Shown here: piece by piece, positions 37,300-50,369 of the stretch
How the letters are laid out: each line of letters starts with the position of its first letter
Numbering within the stretch: the stretch's first letter is position 1
Source of the DNA: Octopus vulgaris
Taxonomy: Eukaryota
Length of the DNA: 64,000 nucleotides
NCBI GenBank assembly: GCA_951406725.2
Contig: OX597831.1
Coordinates: 42,160,001-42,224,000, forward strand
Direction of reading: 5' to 3'
The notes under the pieces: model-generated
Database searches by the model: none
What the model was told of the DNA's origin: nothing
What the model saw: the letters and a program-made list of their open reading frames with translations, nothing else
Made by a program: the position numbers and the translations under genes

Positions 37300-37702
37300 G
37301 GCACAGGAGTGGTTGTTTGGTAAGTAGCTTGCTAACCAACCACATGGTTCCGGGTTCAGTCCCACTGCGTGGCATCTTGGGCAAGTGTCTTCTGCTATAG
37401 CCTCGGGCCGACCAAAGCCTTGTGAGTGGATTTGGTAGACGGAAACTGAAAGAAGCCTGTCGTATATATGTATATATATATATATATATGTATGTGTATA
37501 TGTTTGTCTGTGTTTGTCCCTCTAGCATTGCTTGACAATCGATGCTGGTGTGTTTACGTCCCCGTCACTTAGCAGTTCGGCAAAAGAGACCGATAGAATA
37601 AGTACTGGGCTTACAAAGAATAAGGCCCAGGGTCGATTTGCTCGACTAAAGGCGGTGCTCCAGCATGGCCGCAGTCAAATGACTGAAACAAGTAAAAGAG
37701 TA
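37300..37702 (+). mobile_element. SINE family A, full length
   Basis: Matches the family A consensus. Confidence 0.9.
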
Positions 37703-37859
37703 TGAGTTTTCCAGTAGTAGCTGAGAAGTTAATCCTGTGATGGACTGACATCCTGTTCAGTGGTAAGTGTTATAATCTCAGTCACTTATAAACCATGGAA
37801 ACCAGGTTACACTCCGGCCTTGTAGGTCTTAGGACTTGTGACAAATCTAACATTGAGAA

Positions 37860-38480
37860 TGTTTTAAAACTGGAGAGAAATGGAGTGAGCATATCACATT
37901 CTATATATAAAGCTAGTGTGTATGAACAATGGAACACAGATGGATTGAGAGAAAGAGTGGGTATAGGAGGAATTAGATGTAGTGTGCAAGAGGGAAGACT
38001 GTTAATACAGAGATGTAATTCATAGGAAAGATGATGGTGAGGTAAAAAAGTGCCACAGAATCCAAATGAAATGGATTTGTAGAAGAGCAAGACCAAGGAA
38101 GACATGGTAGAAGTAAAAGGCTAATTTCAAGAGACTGAACCTCATGGAGTGGATGGTAACAGATCGTGACAAGGTGCAAGGCTCTGTGTTAGAGGTAACC
38201 TGTCTGAGCCATGGAGAACTGAGCACAAAATGATATCTCCTATGTGCTGTTCAATTTCCAAGGCTCTGTGTTAAAGGTAACCTGTCTGAGCCATGCAAGC
38301 ATGGAGAAATGAGCACAAAATGATATCTCCTACGTTCTGTTCAATTTCCAAGGCTCTGTGTTAAAGGTAACCTGTCTGAGCCATGCAAGCATGGAGAAAT
38401 GAGCACAAAATTATATCTCCTACGTTCTGTTCAATTTCCAACCCATGCAAGCGTAGAAAAGTGGACATTGAAATTATGTT
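37860..38480 (+). pseudogene. RTE LINE ORF2 3' remnant with a ~82-90 bp tandem triplication (38177-38440)
   Basis: LRERVGIGGIRCSVQEGRL followed by a GRPRKTW-like segment (agagcaagaccaaggaagacatgg). It ends in an RTE tail, aacccatgcaagcgtagaaaagtggacatt. Confidence 0.65.
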
Positions 38481-38549
38481 GATACTGTCTGTAATTCCAT
38501 CTGTTCTTTGTATGTCTAGAGCTAATTCCATGACATCATCTTACCTCTT

Positions 38550-39900
38550 ACTTCCTATCTGTGTCTCTTATATGTGTGGCTCTCCTTTTCCTCTGGAGCC
38601 ATTATAGTTTTCCTAGCATAATTCTCCATTCCCATGCCATCCACTCTAATAACATTACCAATAAATTTTTATCTTTCTTTATCGATCAATACTTTTCAAA
38701 GTACTGACATGTTTCACTTGCTGCAGTATTGATCTGATTGTTGTTCTTTCTGTCACTGATGTCCTCAATATTCTTTAGCATCATATTTCAAATTTATCAA
38801 TGTTCTTACTTCCTTTGTTTTATGTCCAAACTTCTTGCATCTGTAATATCTACTAGACATACCAGGAATTTTAATAGTCTTTCCTTTGTTCTTTATAACA
38901 TTCCTTTATCTTTCATAATTTTCTGAAGTTCACCCCTTTTTGAGATGTATTCTTCTTTTAATTTCTTTGAGACCCTCCTGGTTTTGCTTAAACATTTGAT
39001 CCTATAAAAGTAAACTCCTCCTCCACTTCCAATCTTAAATTCCCTTAAATTTGATATTTTTTTACATAGGCATAGGAGTGGCCGTGTGGTAAGTAGCTTG
39101 CTTACCAACCACATAGTTCCGGGTTCATTCCCACTGCATGGCACCTTGGGCAAGTGTCTTCTACTATAGCCTTGGACCAACCAAAGCCTTGTGAGTGGAT
39201 TTGGTAGATGGAAACTGAAAGAAGCCTGTCATATATATGTATATATATATATATGTATGTATGTGTATATGTTTGTGTGTCTGTGTTTGTCTCCCCAACA
39301 TCGCTTGACAACTGATGGTGGTGTTTTTGCATCCCCGTAACTTAGGAGTTCACCAAAAGAGACCGATAGAATAAATACTAGGCTTACAAAGAATAAGTCC
39401 TGGGGTCGATTTGCTCGGCTAAAGGTAGTACTCCAGCATGGCCACAGTCAAATGACTGAAACATGTAAAAGAGTATGTTTATTTTCAGTCCAATCTTTGC
39501 CTTTTTGTTCTCCAATTCCCTGGCATTCTACAAAGAAAGAAATTAAGTGGTGTCATCTGTGACATCTTGGATTGTTTATTCATCTGTGTCCCTACTTTAA
39601 CTCTTTCCATTTCACATAATCCTACTTTCCTCTCGATATTTTTATCGTACATATTAGAGAATATAGGGGAAAATATGCAACCTTATGTAACCCCTTACTT
39701 TACTATAAACCACTCAGTGTCTCAAAGTTCTGTCCTTACTGTAGCCACATGTTCTAAAGTAAGGTTTCAAATCAGTCTGGTCCACTCATGTTTTTTAGTC
39801 ATACACCTACAAGTTCTAACATTAAAAAGCTTTACTGTAATCGACAAAGCACATGCAAACCTCTTTGCAGTACTCTTGAGATGTTTCCATAATCTCTTTT
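38550..39900 (-). pseudogene. RTE/BovB-clade reverse transcriptase remnant interrupted by SINE A
   Basis: Minus strand gives EYCKEVCMCFVDYSKAFNV, DTEWFIVK*GVT*GCIFSPIFSNMY and (T)DDTT, corresponding to RT motifs FIDYTKAFD, GVRQGCILSP and YADD. Confidence 0.75.
39069..39475 (+). mobile_element. SINE family A, full length
   Basis: Matches the family A consensus. Confidence 0.9.
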
Positions 39901-40008
39901 AGATTTGCAGTTTATTACATGTGCACATACATGCATAATGATTGCATGCATACATTCCAGACCACATGGTTGGGAAGCAAACTTCACACCCATACACTCA
40001 TTCTTGCA

Positions 40009-40245
40009 TCATTATTGTTGCTTATATTAAGGCAGTGAGCTGGCAGAAACGTTAGCATGCTGGGCGAAATGCTTAGTGATATTTCGCCTGTCTTTACGTT
40101 TGGAGTTCAAATTCTGTTGAGGTCGACTTTTTTCCTTTCATCCTTTTGGGGTTGATAAATTAAGTACCAGTTGCGTACTGGGGTTGATCTAATTGACTGC
40201 CCCCCCCACTCCCATTTTAGGCCTTGTGCCTAAATTAGAAAAGAT
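40009..40245 (+). mobile_element. SINE family B
   Basis: aaggcagtgagctggcagaaacgttagc... The flanks attattgttgcttatatt / attattgttgcctatatt look like a TSD. Confidence 0.85.
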
Positions 40246-40344
40246 TATTGTTGCCTATATTATTAGGCAAGTGTCTTCTAAATATTGGCATGGGCTGACC
40301 AAGGCCTTGTGAATGATATTTGATTGGTGGAAATTGCGTGTGTA

Positions 40345-40558
40345 TATGGTGCTGAAAAGTTACTGGCTTTGGATTAAAGAAAATACAGGAGAATCAGTTA
40401 ATCATATTTTTATGCAACATATTACCCTCTCAAATTCACATACTTATGGCAGTGGTCCTTCAGTTTTTCTAAGCCCTGTAAAAGAACTTGGAAGGTTGGG
40501 CCTCCAGTCAGGCCTTTCGCAATACCCTTAAAACCAGTAACTTTTCAATGCCCCCTCG
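40345..40558. mobile_element. Mariner-type MITE
   Basis: TIRs ggtgctgaaaagttactggcttt / aaaccagtaacttttcaatgccccctcg, followed by TA. Confidence 0.7.
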
Positions 40559-40614
<56 letters not shown>

Positions 40615-41437
40615 CACTTTGACTTTTCCATTCAAAAGTTTTTTAGTTCAATATTTTACATGTTATTATTTATAGCTTTATCTACTTAGAGTTCCACAGT
40701 TAAAAACAATTTATTTCATGTCTCTTCAAGTTTCTAAATCCTTACTGTGTAAGGCATATAACTCTTGCTCGTAAGAACAAAGCTTCTAAAATAGTCCAAA
40801 ATATTTGAAGAATTTCTTTGGCACAATGGTAGAACATCTACCATGTTTACAGATGTAGGTTTGTGCCTAACTGGTGTCCTTCAACTTTTTCCATCCAAGG
40901 GCTGTTTTTCAACCCAAGATTTACATGCTATTATTTGTAGCATTATCTATTTTGTGTTCCACTATTAAAAATGATTTATATATATATATATATATATGTT
41001 GGGAACAACAAGCAGGTGTATTAGTTTGATGCTTAGGAAGAATGGAAATACCTTATTTAGTTACAGTTGTTTACATTCTAATTTCAAATCCTGCCTCTGT
41101 CCACTTCACTTTTCATCCTTTTGGAATTAATAACATTAAATACCTGTCAACTTACTGGGATTGCTGGTATCAGCTTACATTGTCTCCTCAAAACTGTTGA
41201 CCTTGTGCCTTAATGAGTAACAATATTATTATAAAAACAAGAGAAACAGATTGTGTATCTCTGGTTAATATTTTATTATATTTATTCCTTGTTGTTTGTA
41301 GTTTATCATTGTTGAACTCTGTACTTTATCTCCATGATAGTACCAGTTGCCACTATTTTGAATACCATTTGGAGACAAAGTTTCCTTCCACATAGTTTTG
41401 TGTTAGCTTGATAAACTCTATTATGTAACATTCTTTA

Positions 41438-41970
41438 TACTCCCAGCAACACAGAATTGATGCTCTCATTTATGTGATACCAGCTTGATACTCCTAGATA
41501 CATGATCCTTTCTAATTTTGGCACAAGACCAGCAATTTAGTGGGAGGGGGTCGAGTCGATTACATTGACCCCTGTGCTCAACTGATATATATTTCATCAA
41601 CCCTGAAAGGATGAAAGGTGAAGCCTAATTTGGCAGCATCTGAGTTCAAATGCCATCAAAGTTGACTTTGCCTTTCATCCTTTCATGGTCAAGAAAATAA
41701 GACCCAGTTGAGCGCGGGGGGTCAACATAATTGACTTATTGCCTGACCATAAAATAGCTGGTCTTGTGCTAAAATTTGAAACCCATACAAGTATGATACT
41801 CCTAAATGCTTGATACTACCATTTATGCAATACAAGCTTGGTAATTCCAGTTATTTAATACAAAAGTGATACTCTCAGTTATGTAACACAAACAGAATAC
41901 TCTTAATCATACAAACACAATACTCCCAGTTATGCAATATAAACATGATACACCCAGTTATGTAATGCAC
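41438..41970. repeat. ~28-bp minisatellite (tgatactcccagttatgcaatacaaaca) interrupted by two opposed SINE B fragments (41505-41785)
   Basis: Read directly from the sequence. Confidence 0.65.
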
Positions 41971-42265
41971 AACATCTGTTTTTATTAGGTCTTGATTTCT
42001 ATTTTTAGAGTTTTAATGGTTCTTGGCGTTTATAGGGAGAAACCTAGAAATTTGAAGTAGTTATAAAATCTGTCTTTTTCTTTCTTTCTTTCATGCACTC
42101 ACACATTGATATCACTACAGCTTGGTGATCTAAAAAGCCAAAACACAGTTGAGCTAATGAAGTTTCAGCCTTAATTAGTTGCTCTGTCGTTCATTGCTTT
42201 GGATTGAATATTCTTTTACTCATATTTGTATGTATTCACTCATTCATTATATAATCTATCTGTAT

Positions 42266-42345
<80 letters not shown>

Positions 42346-42779
42346 AATAAATGTCTCTGTGTCTCTATATCTTGCTCACCCATCTGTTTGTAGTTAAGTT
42401 AATGTTAACATATTTGATATAGTGAACATTAAAAACCTAATTAGAAGTATTTAAGTGGTGAGCAAAGGACAACATTAGCTGAATGACTAATTTTAATTTA
42501 GTCAATTGAACCTGTTTCTATGATGTTAAACCTCCTCAGCAAACCATAGACTTAACCATAGGGGCTGATATAATGATGAGAAAATCACTAAATAGATGCA
42601 CAGGATAGTACATGGGGTGTTCATAGCATGGGGTATTGTTTCATTAATATGTAGCATCAGGAAGTCTGGAGCCGTGATGGAGTATATCCTGAACTCTTCA
42701 AATAAGCAAATAAATTCTACTATGTGTATTTACTAATTCATCTATCTGATACCTAAGTCTAAACAAACACACAAATATA

Positions 42780-43710
42780 CAATATATGTCAATGACCTCA
42801 CAGCTGCATCAAATACGCCCATTCTTATACTGATGATACAACTCCTCATTCTTCCCTAACTTTCTCAAACCATGCACCAGCTACATGCAACCCAGATACC
42901 ACACGCCAAGTCTACATTAATTCTGTGAATGGAAATGTTGAGAGCATCCTCTGGTAAAGCTGTGCTCATTTTGTCTCTTTGTAACTACCCTGCCACCAAA
43001 AAAAAACCCCCAAAAAAACCCCAACAAAATTAAGCTCAAGCACTATTCACATCAAGAAAACACTACTGTGTTGAACTTGCCCGGCCACTAAACATGATGA
43101 GCAGCACTCAGTTAAAGCCATCACAGTTACTCCAAATGCTGGGGTCTCACTATCATCAAGGTCTTCTCCTGGCAAAAGCACATCCTTAAAATAGCTAGGA
43201 CTGCTTCTCAAAGATTGGCTCTTTTCTTCAGGGCTAGAAAATATTTCATCTCCTAACAGGTGCTGAAACCCCACAAGGCTCAAGTGAGCCCCACAATGGA
43301 ATATTGCTTCCACATCTGGGATGGTATAGTTATTGTGCACACAGACATCCTGGCCTGCACCAAGAGAAGGGCCACCTGATTGATTAGAATTACTACACTG
43401 ACGCTCCAGTCTCTGACTCACAGGTGTCCCCTTTCCACCATCACTGCTCCATGTCTTTTCTACCGTTACTATTAAGGGTCTTTGTTATTTGTAGCTGGTT
43501 AGTCTTTTACCTTTTTCATTCAGGCATCCCTGGCCCACTCATCTTTCCATTTCTTGTCCCCTCTGCTGTTTCCAACACCTAACTTTGCACTGACCACAAT
43601 GCTTTGTTCTTCCTTCCTTGAACACTATCCCCCTGGAAGCTTCTCTATCCTCCCATGTCTTTCCTGAAGGAGTTGACCTACAACAGTTTAAATGAAATGT
43701 TAACAGCATG
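42780..43710 (+). pseudogene. CR1/L2-group LINE RT and C-terminal remnant
   Basis: IYVNDL...HSYTDDTT (YADD-like), WQKHILKIARTASQRLALFFRARKYFIS*QVLKPHKAQVSPTMEYCFHIWDG, and VFPEGVDLQQFK near the end. Confidence 0.8.
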
Positions 43711-46030
43711 AAGCTCATCAGTCTTAGATTGACCTTTGAAGGTCATGAATATTGTCCCTTCTTCCTGATTCAGCAAGAGGAAACAAATACTTCCACCCTC
43801 ACCATTTTTACACCTGCTTTTCCAATATTATATAGGGTGGATGGGCCATCATGCTCTGTTATTGTGCACACCCAGCAACAGAAAATCCACCCCACTTTGG
43901 TGTTGTGTATATCTTGGATACATTTTTTATCATGGCTTCAGGACTGCAGAGGTTGTCTCAGGTGAGAAGGGTTCATTGCTTTTGATGTGTGACAGCAAGT
44001 GGAATGAAAATTCCTTATCTGGAATACAGGTGTAGGTTAGTGACAAGGAGAAAATCTGCCCCAAGTTTTGTCTAACTTAAAGCAGCATGGAAAAATGGAC
44101 ATAAAGCAGTGATAATAATCATAATGATATATATCATCATCATCATCATCATCGTTTAACGTTCGCTTTCCATGCTAGCATGGGTTGGACGGTTCAACTG
44201 GGGTCTGGCAAGCCCGAAGGCTGCACCAGGCCAGTCAGATCTGGCAGTGTTTCTACAGCTGGATGCCCTTCCTAACGCCAACCACTCCGAGAATATGTAT
44301 ATATATATGTGTATGTGTGTGTGTGTGACGGAAATAGTTGGGGTAGATTTTCCATGGCTGGATACTCTTGTTGTCAACCCTTACTTGTTCCCAAGCCTAG
44401 TAAATCTTTGCAACATCTTTAATGGAAGACTTAAAAAAGAATAACATTGCTTGTATGACAGAGCTGCTCATTTACAATCATCATATAATGTCAAGACAAG
44501 GGCATGCATGCATGCTTGTGCACACACATGCACACACATAAGCACACATGATAGAGTTCTTTCAGTTTCTGTCTACCATATTTATTTACAAGACTTTGGT
44601 TGGCCCAGGACTATAGTAGGAGACACTTGTCCAAGGTGCCATACAGTGGGACTGAACCTGAGACCACATGTTGGAAAACAAGTTTCTTAGCCTCACACCC
44701 ATGCCTCTGTGTGTGTGATTGTGTATGCCTGTATTTATATATCTTTTATATTTTATTAGTTTCAGTCAGACTACAGCCATGCTGGGGCACTTCTTTGGAA
44801 GAATTTTAGTCAAACAAGTCTATCCTAGTACTTATAATTCTTTTTTTAAGCCCGGTATTTCTCTTGGTCTCTTTTGCCAAACCACTAAGCAATGAGGACA
44901 TAAATTAACCAACACCGGTTGTCAAGTAGTAGTGGGGTGACAAATGCAGACACAAAGACATATACACATCATCATCATTTAACGTCCGCTTTCCATGCTA
45001 GCATGGGTTGGACGATTTGACTGAGGTCTGGTGAACCAGACTCCAATCTGATCTGGCAGAGTTTCTACTGCTGGATGCCCTTCCTAACGCCAACCACTCC
45101 AAGAGTGTAGTAGCTCTCAACATGTACACATATTTATATATGTTGGACTTCTTTCAGTTTCTGACCACTAAACCCACTTACAAGGCTTCGGTCAGCCTGA
45201 AACTATAGTGGAAGACATTAGCCCAAGGTGCCATGCAATGGCACTGAAATCAGTACCCCGTGGTTGGTAAATATATTACATAAAATCTGGTAAATGCCTG
45301 TACGTACAAATTAGATGGTAAATATTTTATATATAATCAGGTAAATGCTTGTACTTACAAATTAGAGGAAAACCTGCTGAGTTCAAGAAATGGTTTGTAG
45401 TTTTATTTTGAAGCGAACACACGACAAGTTACAACTACTCGTTTCACAATGAAAATGTTGTATTTGATAATAAGAGGAATAAATTAAACAATAATCTGGC
45501 AACCAACCTGTTAAGCTCATAAACCTGCCAAGTTATATCAAGAACGATGTCATGTATACGAGTATGTGTTTTCTTTTTAACTATGTGGTTTTGATAATAT
45601 TCATCGGTGACTTTTAATAACATCTGTTTGTCATTTTTATAGTTAAATATAGAGACTGCAGCTGGTGATATAATTTGCTCTAGTAAGCATTTAGCCGCAT
45701 GTCTGTCTGTGTGTGTGGGTGTATATGTGTTGTGTGTGTTTAGTTTAGATGTTCACTTTGCATCTGGATGGTTTCGGGTTTAGTTTCACTGTGCAGCAAC
45801 GTGGGCAAGGTAGTCTCTAATAACTCTAGGTTAACCAGTGCCTTGTGAATGAATTTGGCAGACAGATGTTGTGCAGAAGCTTGTCCTGTGTGTGTATATG
45901 TGTGTGTGTGTGTGTTTGTTCCCTTACCATTTGACAATTGGTGTTGTTGTTTTTTTATGTCCCTGTAACTTCATTCAGCAAAAAAGATATACAATTGAAT
46001 AAGTAACATATTTAAGAAAAAAGAAAACAA

Positions 46031-46372
46031 GGCGTGGGAGTGGCTGTGTGGTAAGAAGCTTGCTTACGAACCACATGGTTCCGGGTTCAGTCCCACTGCG
46101 TGACACCATGGGCAAGTGTCTTCTACTATAACCTCGGGCCGACCAAAGCCTTGTGAGTGGATTTGGTAGATGGAAGCCGTCGTATGTATGTGTGTATATG
46201 TTCGTGTATCTGCCGGTGTGTTTACGTCTCCGTAACTTAGTGGTTCAGCAAAAGAGACTGATAGAATAAGTACTAGGTTTACAAAGATTAAGTCCTGGGG
46301 TCGATTTGCTTGACTAGAGGTGGTCTCCAGCATGGCCACAGTCGAATGACTGAAACAAGTAAAAGAGAGTAA
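46031..46372 (+). mobile_element. SINE family A with internal deletions
   Basis: Matches the family A consensus. Confidence 0.85.
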
Positions 46373-46999
46373 GAAGAAAAGATAAATTAGGGTTGATTTG
46401 TTCAACAAACCTCTTCGTGGTGGTGCACCTGCACAGCCAAAATCCAATGACTGAAACTTAGAAGAAACGGAAGAAATATATTCACTCACATACACATATA
46501 TATTCACACATACTTAACATATCTATCAGTTTATCTTTCTGTTTGTCTCTCTGTCACTTATTCTAATCAGATCATGAATCATGACCCATCTTTTTGTTGT
46601 TTTGTATATCTTTTGATCTTAATTCATATACAGCTTCTGTCACAGACAAGATATATATGTTTGGCTATGCATATTTCTCTTCTTGTTTCTCCTGTGCATT
46701 ATATCACCACATCTTCAAATCTTTTCCAGCAGTGAGACTGTTGATTAGCAGTGTCTTCCGTTATTGAAGTGTTGACGTTACTCTTCATGCCCCTTCAGAG
46801 TAGTCTTTTGCTAATCTTTCAGCCACCTTTTTGGTCAACGAGTCAGGCATTGACCATTATCTGGCCGGCTGTAGAGGATCTTAGAGAAGAAATGCAAATC
46901 ACACATGTGACCTGTATGTCCAACCCACCTCAGTGTGGTTTAAAGCTGTTGGTGTTGGTTTGACAGAGAATCTCTGTGTTTTGTAATCCAAACTGACTA

Positions 47000-47173
47000 A
47001 TCCAGATTATTTTGTCAAATGTAATGCTTATTTATTCACATTGTTTTGAATTAATCATGCATTATTTACGTTGAGATTTTGATGATGTGTGAGGGGCTGA
47101 ATATGGCCAGTCTGTACATAAAACAGGTACAATATTGGGTCATGTATGACCGGTTTAAATGCTAAAGGGTTAA
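47000..47173. mobile_element. piggyBac-type MITE end (related copy at 21195-21428)
   Basis: Ends aaatgctaaagggTTAA and shares the aagcattacatttgac and ctggcca motifs with 21195-21428 in opposite orientation. Confidence 0.55.
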
Positions 47174-48242
47174 ATAATGTAATGATCTGAAAAGATGATA
47201 GTTGGATGGAACAGGGTTAGCAGAGTAAGGTGGATGAGGCAAAACCTCTGCAGTTTAGTCCTATAATCTTTCAGTGAGTGACTTGGATAATATGTGATCT
47301 TAAATTATCATGAAGGGTGTTTTTTCTGAAAATTTTTGTGCAATGTTTCTAATTGACAATAATATTTCACATGAACTGTTTTGTTTTAGTTTGACCCTTC
47401 ATGACAGACAACACCCTTCACATCCCACCAAACACAGAGAATAACTTTTTTTTCAGGTATAGTCTTGGTTTGGAGATGGATTCTCTTCATTGGGTGCCAA
47501 CCAGTGTCGCTTTTGTTGGATATAATCATAGACAACTCACTAGTGATAATTCAGTATCAAGTCTTCTTTTTCAATGACTGGCAGAGGGCAACTCTTTGAT
47601 TAAGTTGAGAAGCGGTCAGATGATAAGGAACCCACTGACCAAGTTCAGACACTTTTCTTTGTTCATGAAAGTATTTTATGATCAAAGTGTGACCTGAAAT
47701 GAATTGTTTTGCTAATTCTCATGCAGTTTACTTTAGATTCTCCTCAACTGCGATTTTGGGAAGCTCAAAATTCACAACTTGGTAGTTAAGATGAAGGGAA
47801 TCTGTAAGAGAAGAATTTTCTGAGTGAAACTGGCCAAACCACATTGCTGAAGAACTATTTTTGAATCCCTACAACATGCAGTCTGATATGGGTCAGATCT
47901 AAATTCATTTAACCACTATAGTATTACATATTCTGCAAAGGAAGAAAAAGACATCAGAATGTAAAAATGTTTATTCTACCATGAGTTTTGAGAAAAAATA
48001 TCCTCAAAATGATTATGTCTAAAATGCAATAGGATTTTCTTTGCAACCCAGTCATTCATTTCAGTTTTTGGACTGTGGCCATGCTGGGACTACTTCTATG
48101 GGGGATTTAATTGAAAAAACTTGACTCCAGCACTTATTTTTAAGTCTGATCTGCTGAATCACTAAGTTACAGGGATGTAAACAAACCGACACCAGTAAGG
48201 GAGAGACATGAAGACACGTACACATCATCACACATGCACGTG

Positions 48243-48275
<33 letters not shown>

Positions 48276-48579
48276 ACACACACATGCACACACATGATAG
48301 GCTTCTTTCAGTTCCTATCTACCTAATTTGCTCATCAGGCATTAGTCATCTAGGGTTATATCAGAAGACATTTGGCCAAAGTGCTGTACAGTGGGAGTGA
48401 ACCTGAAACTGAGTGTTTGCTACGCAATCTTCTTAACCACACAACCATATCTGTGCCTCAGTGTATGTTGCAAGACCTGAAATACTCCGACTTCTTCAGG
48501 ATACTACACTGATGATGTGTTCAAGGATTGGTTCTGAAGATATATGAAGAAAGAGTATAATATATATGTATATTATTTT

Positions 48580-48958
48580 ATTCTTTTACTTGTTTCAGTC
48601 ATTTGACTGTGGTCATGTTGGAGCACTGCCTTGAGGGGTTTTAGTTGAACAAATCAGCCCCAGGACTTATTTTTAAAGCCTAGTACTTATTCTATCAGTA
48701 TTTTTGCTGAATTGCTAACTTACAGAGATGTAAACATATCAACACACCGGTTGTCAAGCAGTGATGGGGGACAAACACAAGCACAAAGACACACACACAC
48801 ACATATATGATGGGCTTCTTTCAGTTTCCATCTACCAAATCCACTCACAAGTCTTTGGTTGGCCTGAGGCTATAGTAGAAGACACTTGCCCAAGGTTCCA
48901 CACAGTGGGACTGGACCTGGGACCATGTGGTTGGGAAACAAGCTTCTTACCACACAAC
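48580..48958 (-). mobile_element. SINE family A, head abutting the DD41D transposon
   Basis: Matches the reverse complement of the family A consensus. Confidence 0.85.
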
Positions 48959-50286
48959 CAGGGCAGAGAGGATAGATGTTTTTGAAATGGTTATTACTCA
49001 GCTCCAAGCAGGGAGGGACATATGTCTGACAGGTACCATTCGGTCTGTGGTGTCTTAGCATTTTTTCTGTTCAGGTGAAGCCATGGCATTGTGGACGATA
49101 GAGCATTGCGTATTTGCTTATGACAGTTACATGAAGAATGAGTCTGTCACAGCAGTTCAGCATGAGTTTTGGCACCACTTCAACAGACACTGAAATCAGG
49201 CAGTTCCCACTCGTAACACAATCTTATGCTGGGTGAATGCATTTCGTATATGTGATACACTAATGAATAAGAGACTAGTGGGGGGCACCTTGAATGATAT
49301 GGCCCCTGGAAAATGTGGAACGTGTCATACAAGCTTTGATACAGAATCCAAATTGCTCTGCTCAGAGGCATTCTGCTGAACTTGGCATCAATAATTGATC
49401 GGTAAGGTGTATTTTGCATGAAGGCCTACATTTCCATCCGTGCAAATTAGTCATTGGGCAACAGTTGAAACCGTGGCACAGTGGCTTAACTTCGAATATC
49501 AGATGGAAGCAATCTTTGAGGCAAATGACAACCTCATTTTGTTAATGAGTGAGGATGCTCATTTTCATCTCAATGGCATAGTGACTCATCAGAACTGCCG
49601 TTATTGGGCTCTTGAAAATCTGAGAGAACTGCATGAAAGAACACTGCACAGCTCAAAAGTGATGGCCTGGTGTGCTGTTGGAAAAGCTGTCATCATTGGT
49701 CCTTACTTTTTTGAAGACAATAATGGAAATGCTGTTACTGTGAACTCCGAGCGTTACATTGAGAGAATAAACAACTTCTTTGTGCCTGAATTACAATGAA
49801 AACATATGCCTATTCGATGTGTGTGGTTTCAGCAGGATGGGGCAACGGCCCACACAGCCAAAGCATCAATGGATGTTCTTCACCCTCACTTCAGTGACAG
49901 CCTCGTTTCCAGGTTTCCTAACATTCCTTAGCCCCCTCGGTCCCCTGATTTGTTTGTATGTGATTATTTCTTGTGGGGAAACCTTGAGGCACATGTGTAT
50001 GCGCATAAGCCCCATACATTGGACAATTTGAAGGAAGCTATTCATGTGAATGTTGCCCAAATCGACAGAGCAATGCTGGAGAGAGTGGAGGCCAACTTCC
50101 AAGAACGCCTTCAGAAATGCATCAATGAAAACAGACACCACATGATGGATGTTGTTTTCCACACTTGATTTGGAGAAATGCTAATTCAATATGAACACAT
50201 TGATGTCAATAAAATTTGTTTGCAGGTAAAAATAAAAATGATTTTGTGAATTTTTCAAAAACGTCTGACCTCTCTGCCTCACCCTG
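48959..50286 (+). mobile_element. Tc1/mariner superfamily DD41D (rosa/Visitor-type) transposon, near full length, decayed
   Basis: TIRs cagggcagagaggatagatgtttttgaaa / tttcaaaaacgtctgacctctctgcctcaccctg, with a 5-nt deletion in the left TIR. A transposase pseudogene lies inside. Confidence 0.9.
49083..50168 (+). pseudogene. DD41D transposase pseudogene
   Basis: MALWTIEHCVFAYDSYMKNESVTAVQ... (DUF4817-like HTH), SEDAHFHLNG...WCAVG...IIGPYFFE, and FQQDGATAH...PPRSPDLFVCDYFLWG. I count 41 residues between the 2nd and 3rd D. Several stops and frameshifts. Confidence 0.9.
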
Positions 50287-50288
50287 TT

Positions 50289-50369
<81 letters not shown>

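Noticed and set aside
40610-40960. Possible decayed hAT transposase fragment on the minus strand
   Set aside because: Only a faint LKRHE-like motif is visible, too weak to support without a profile search.
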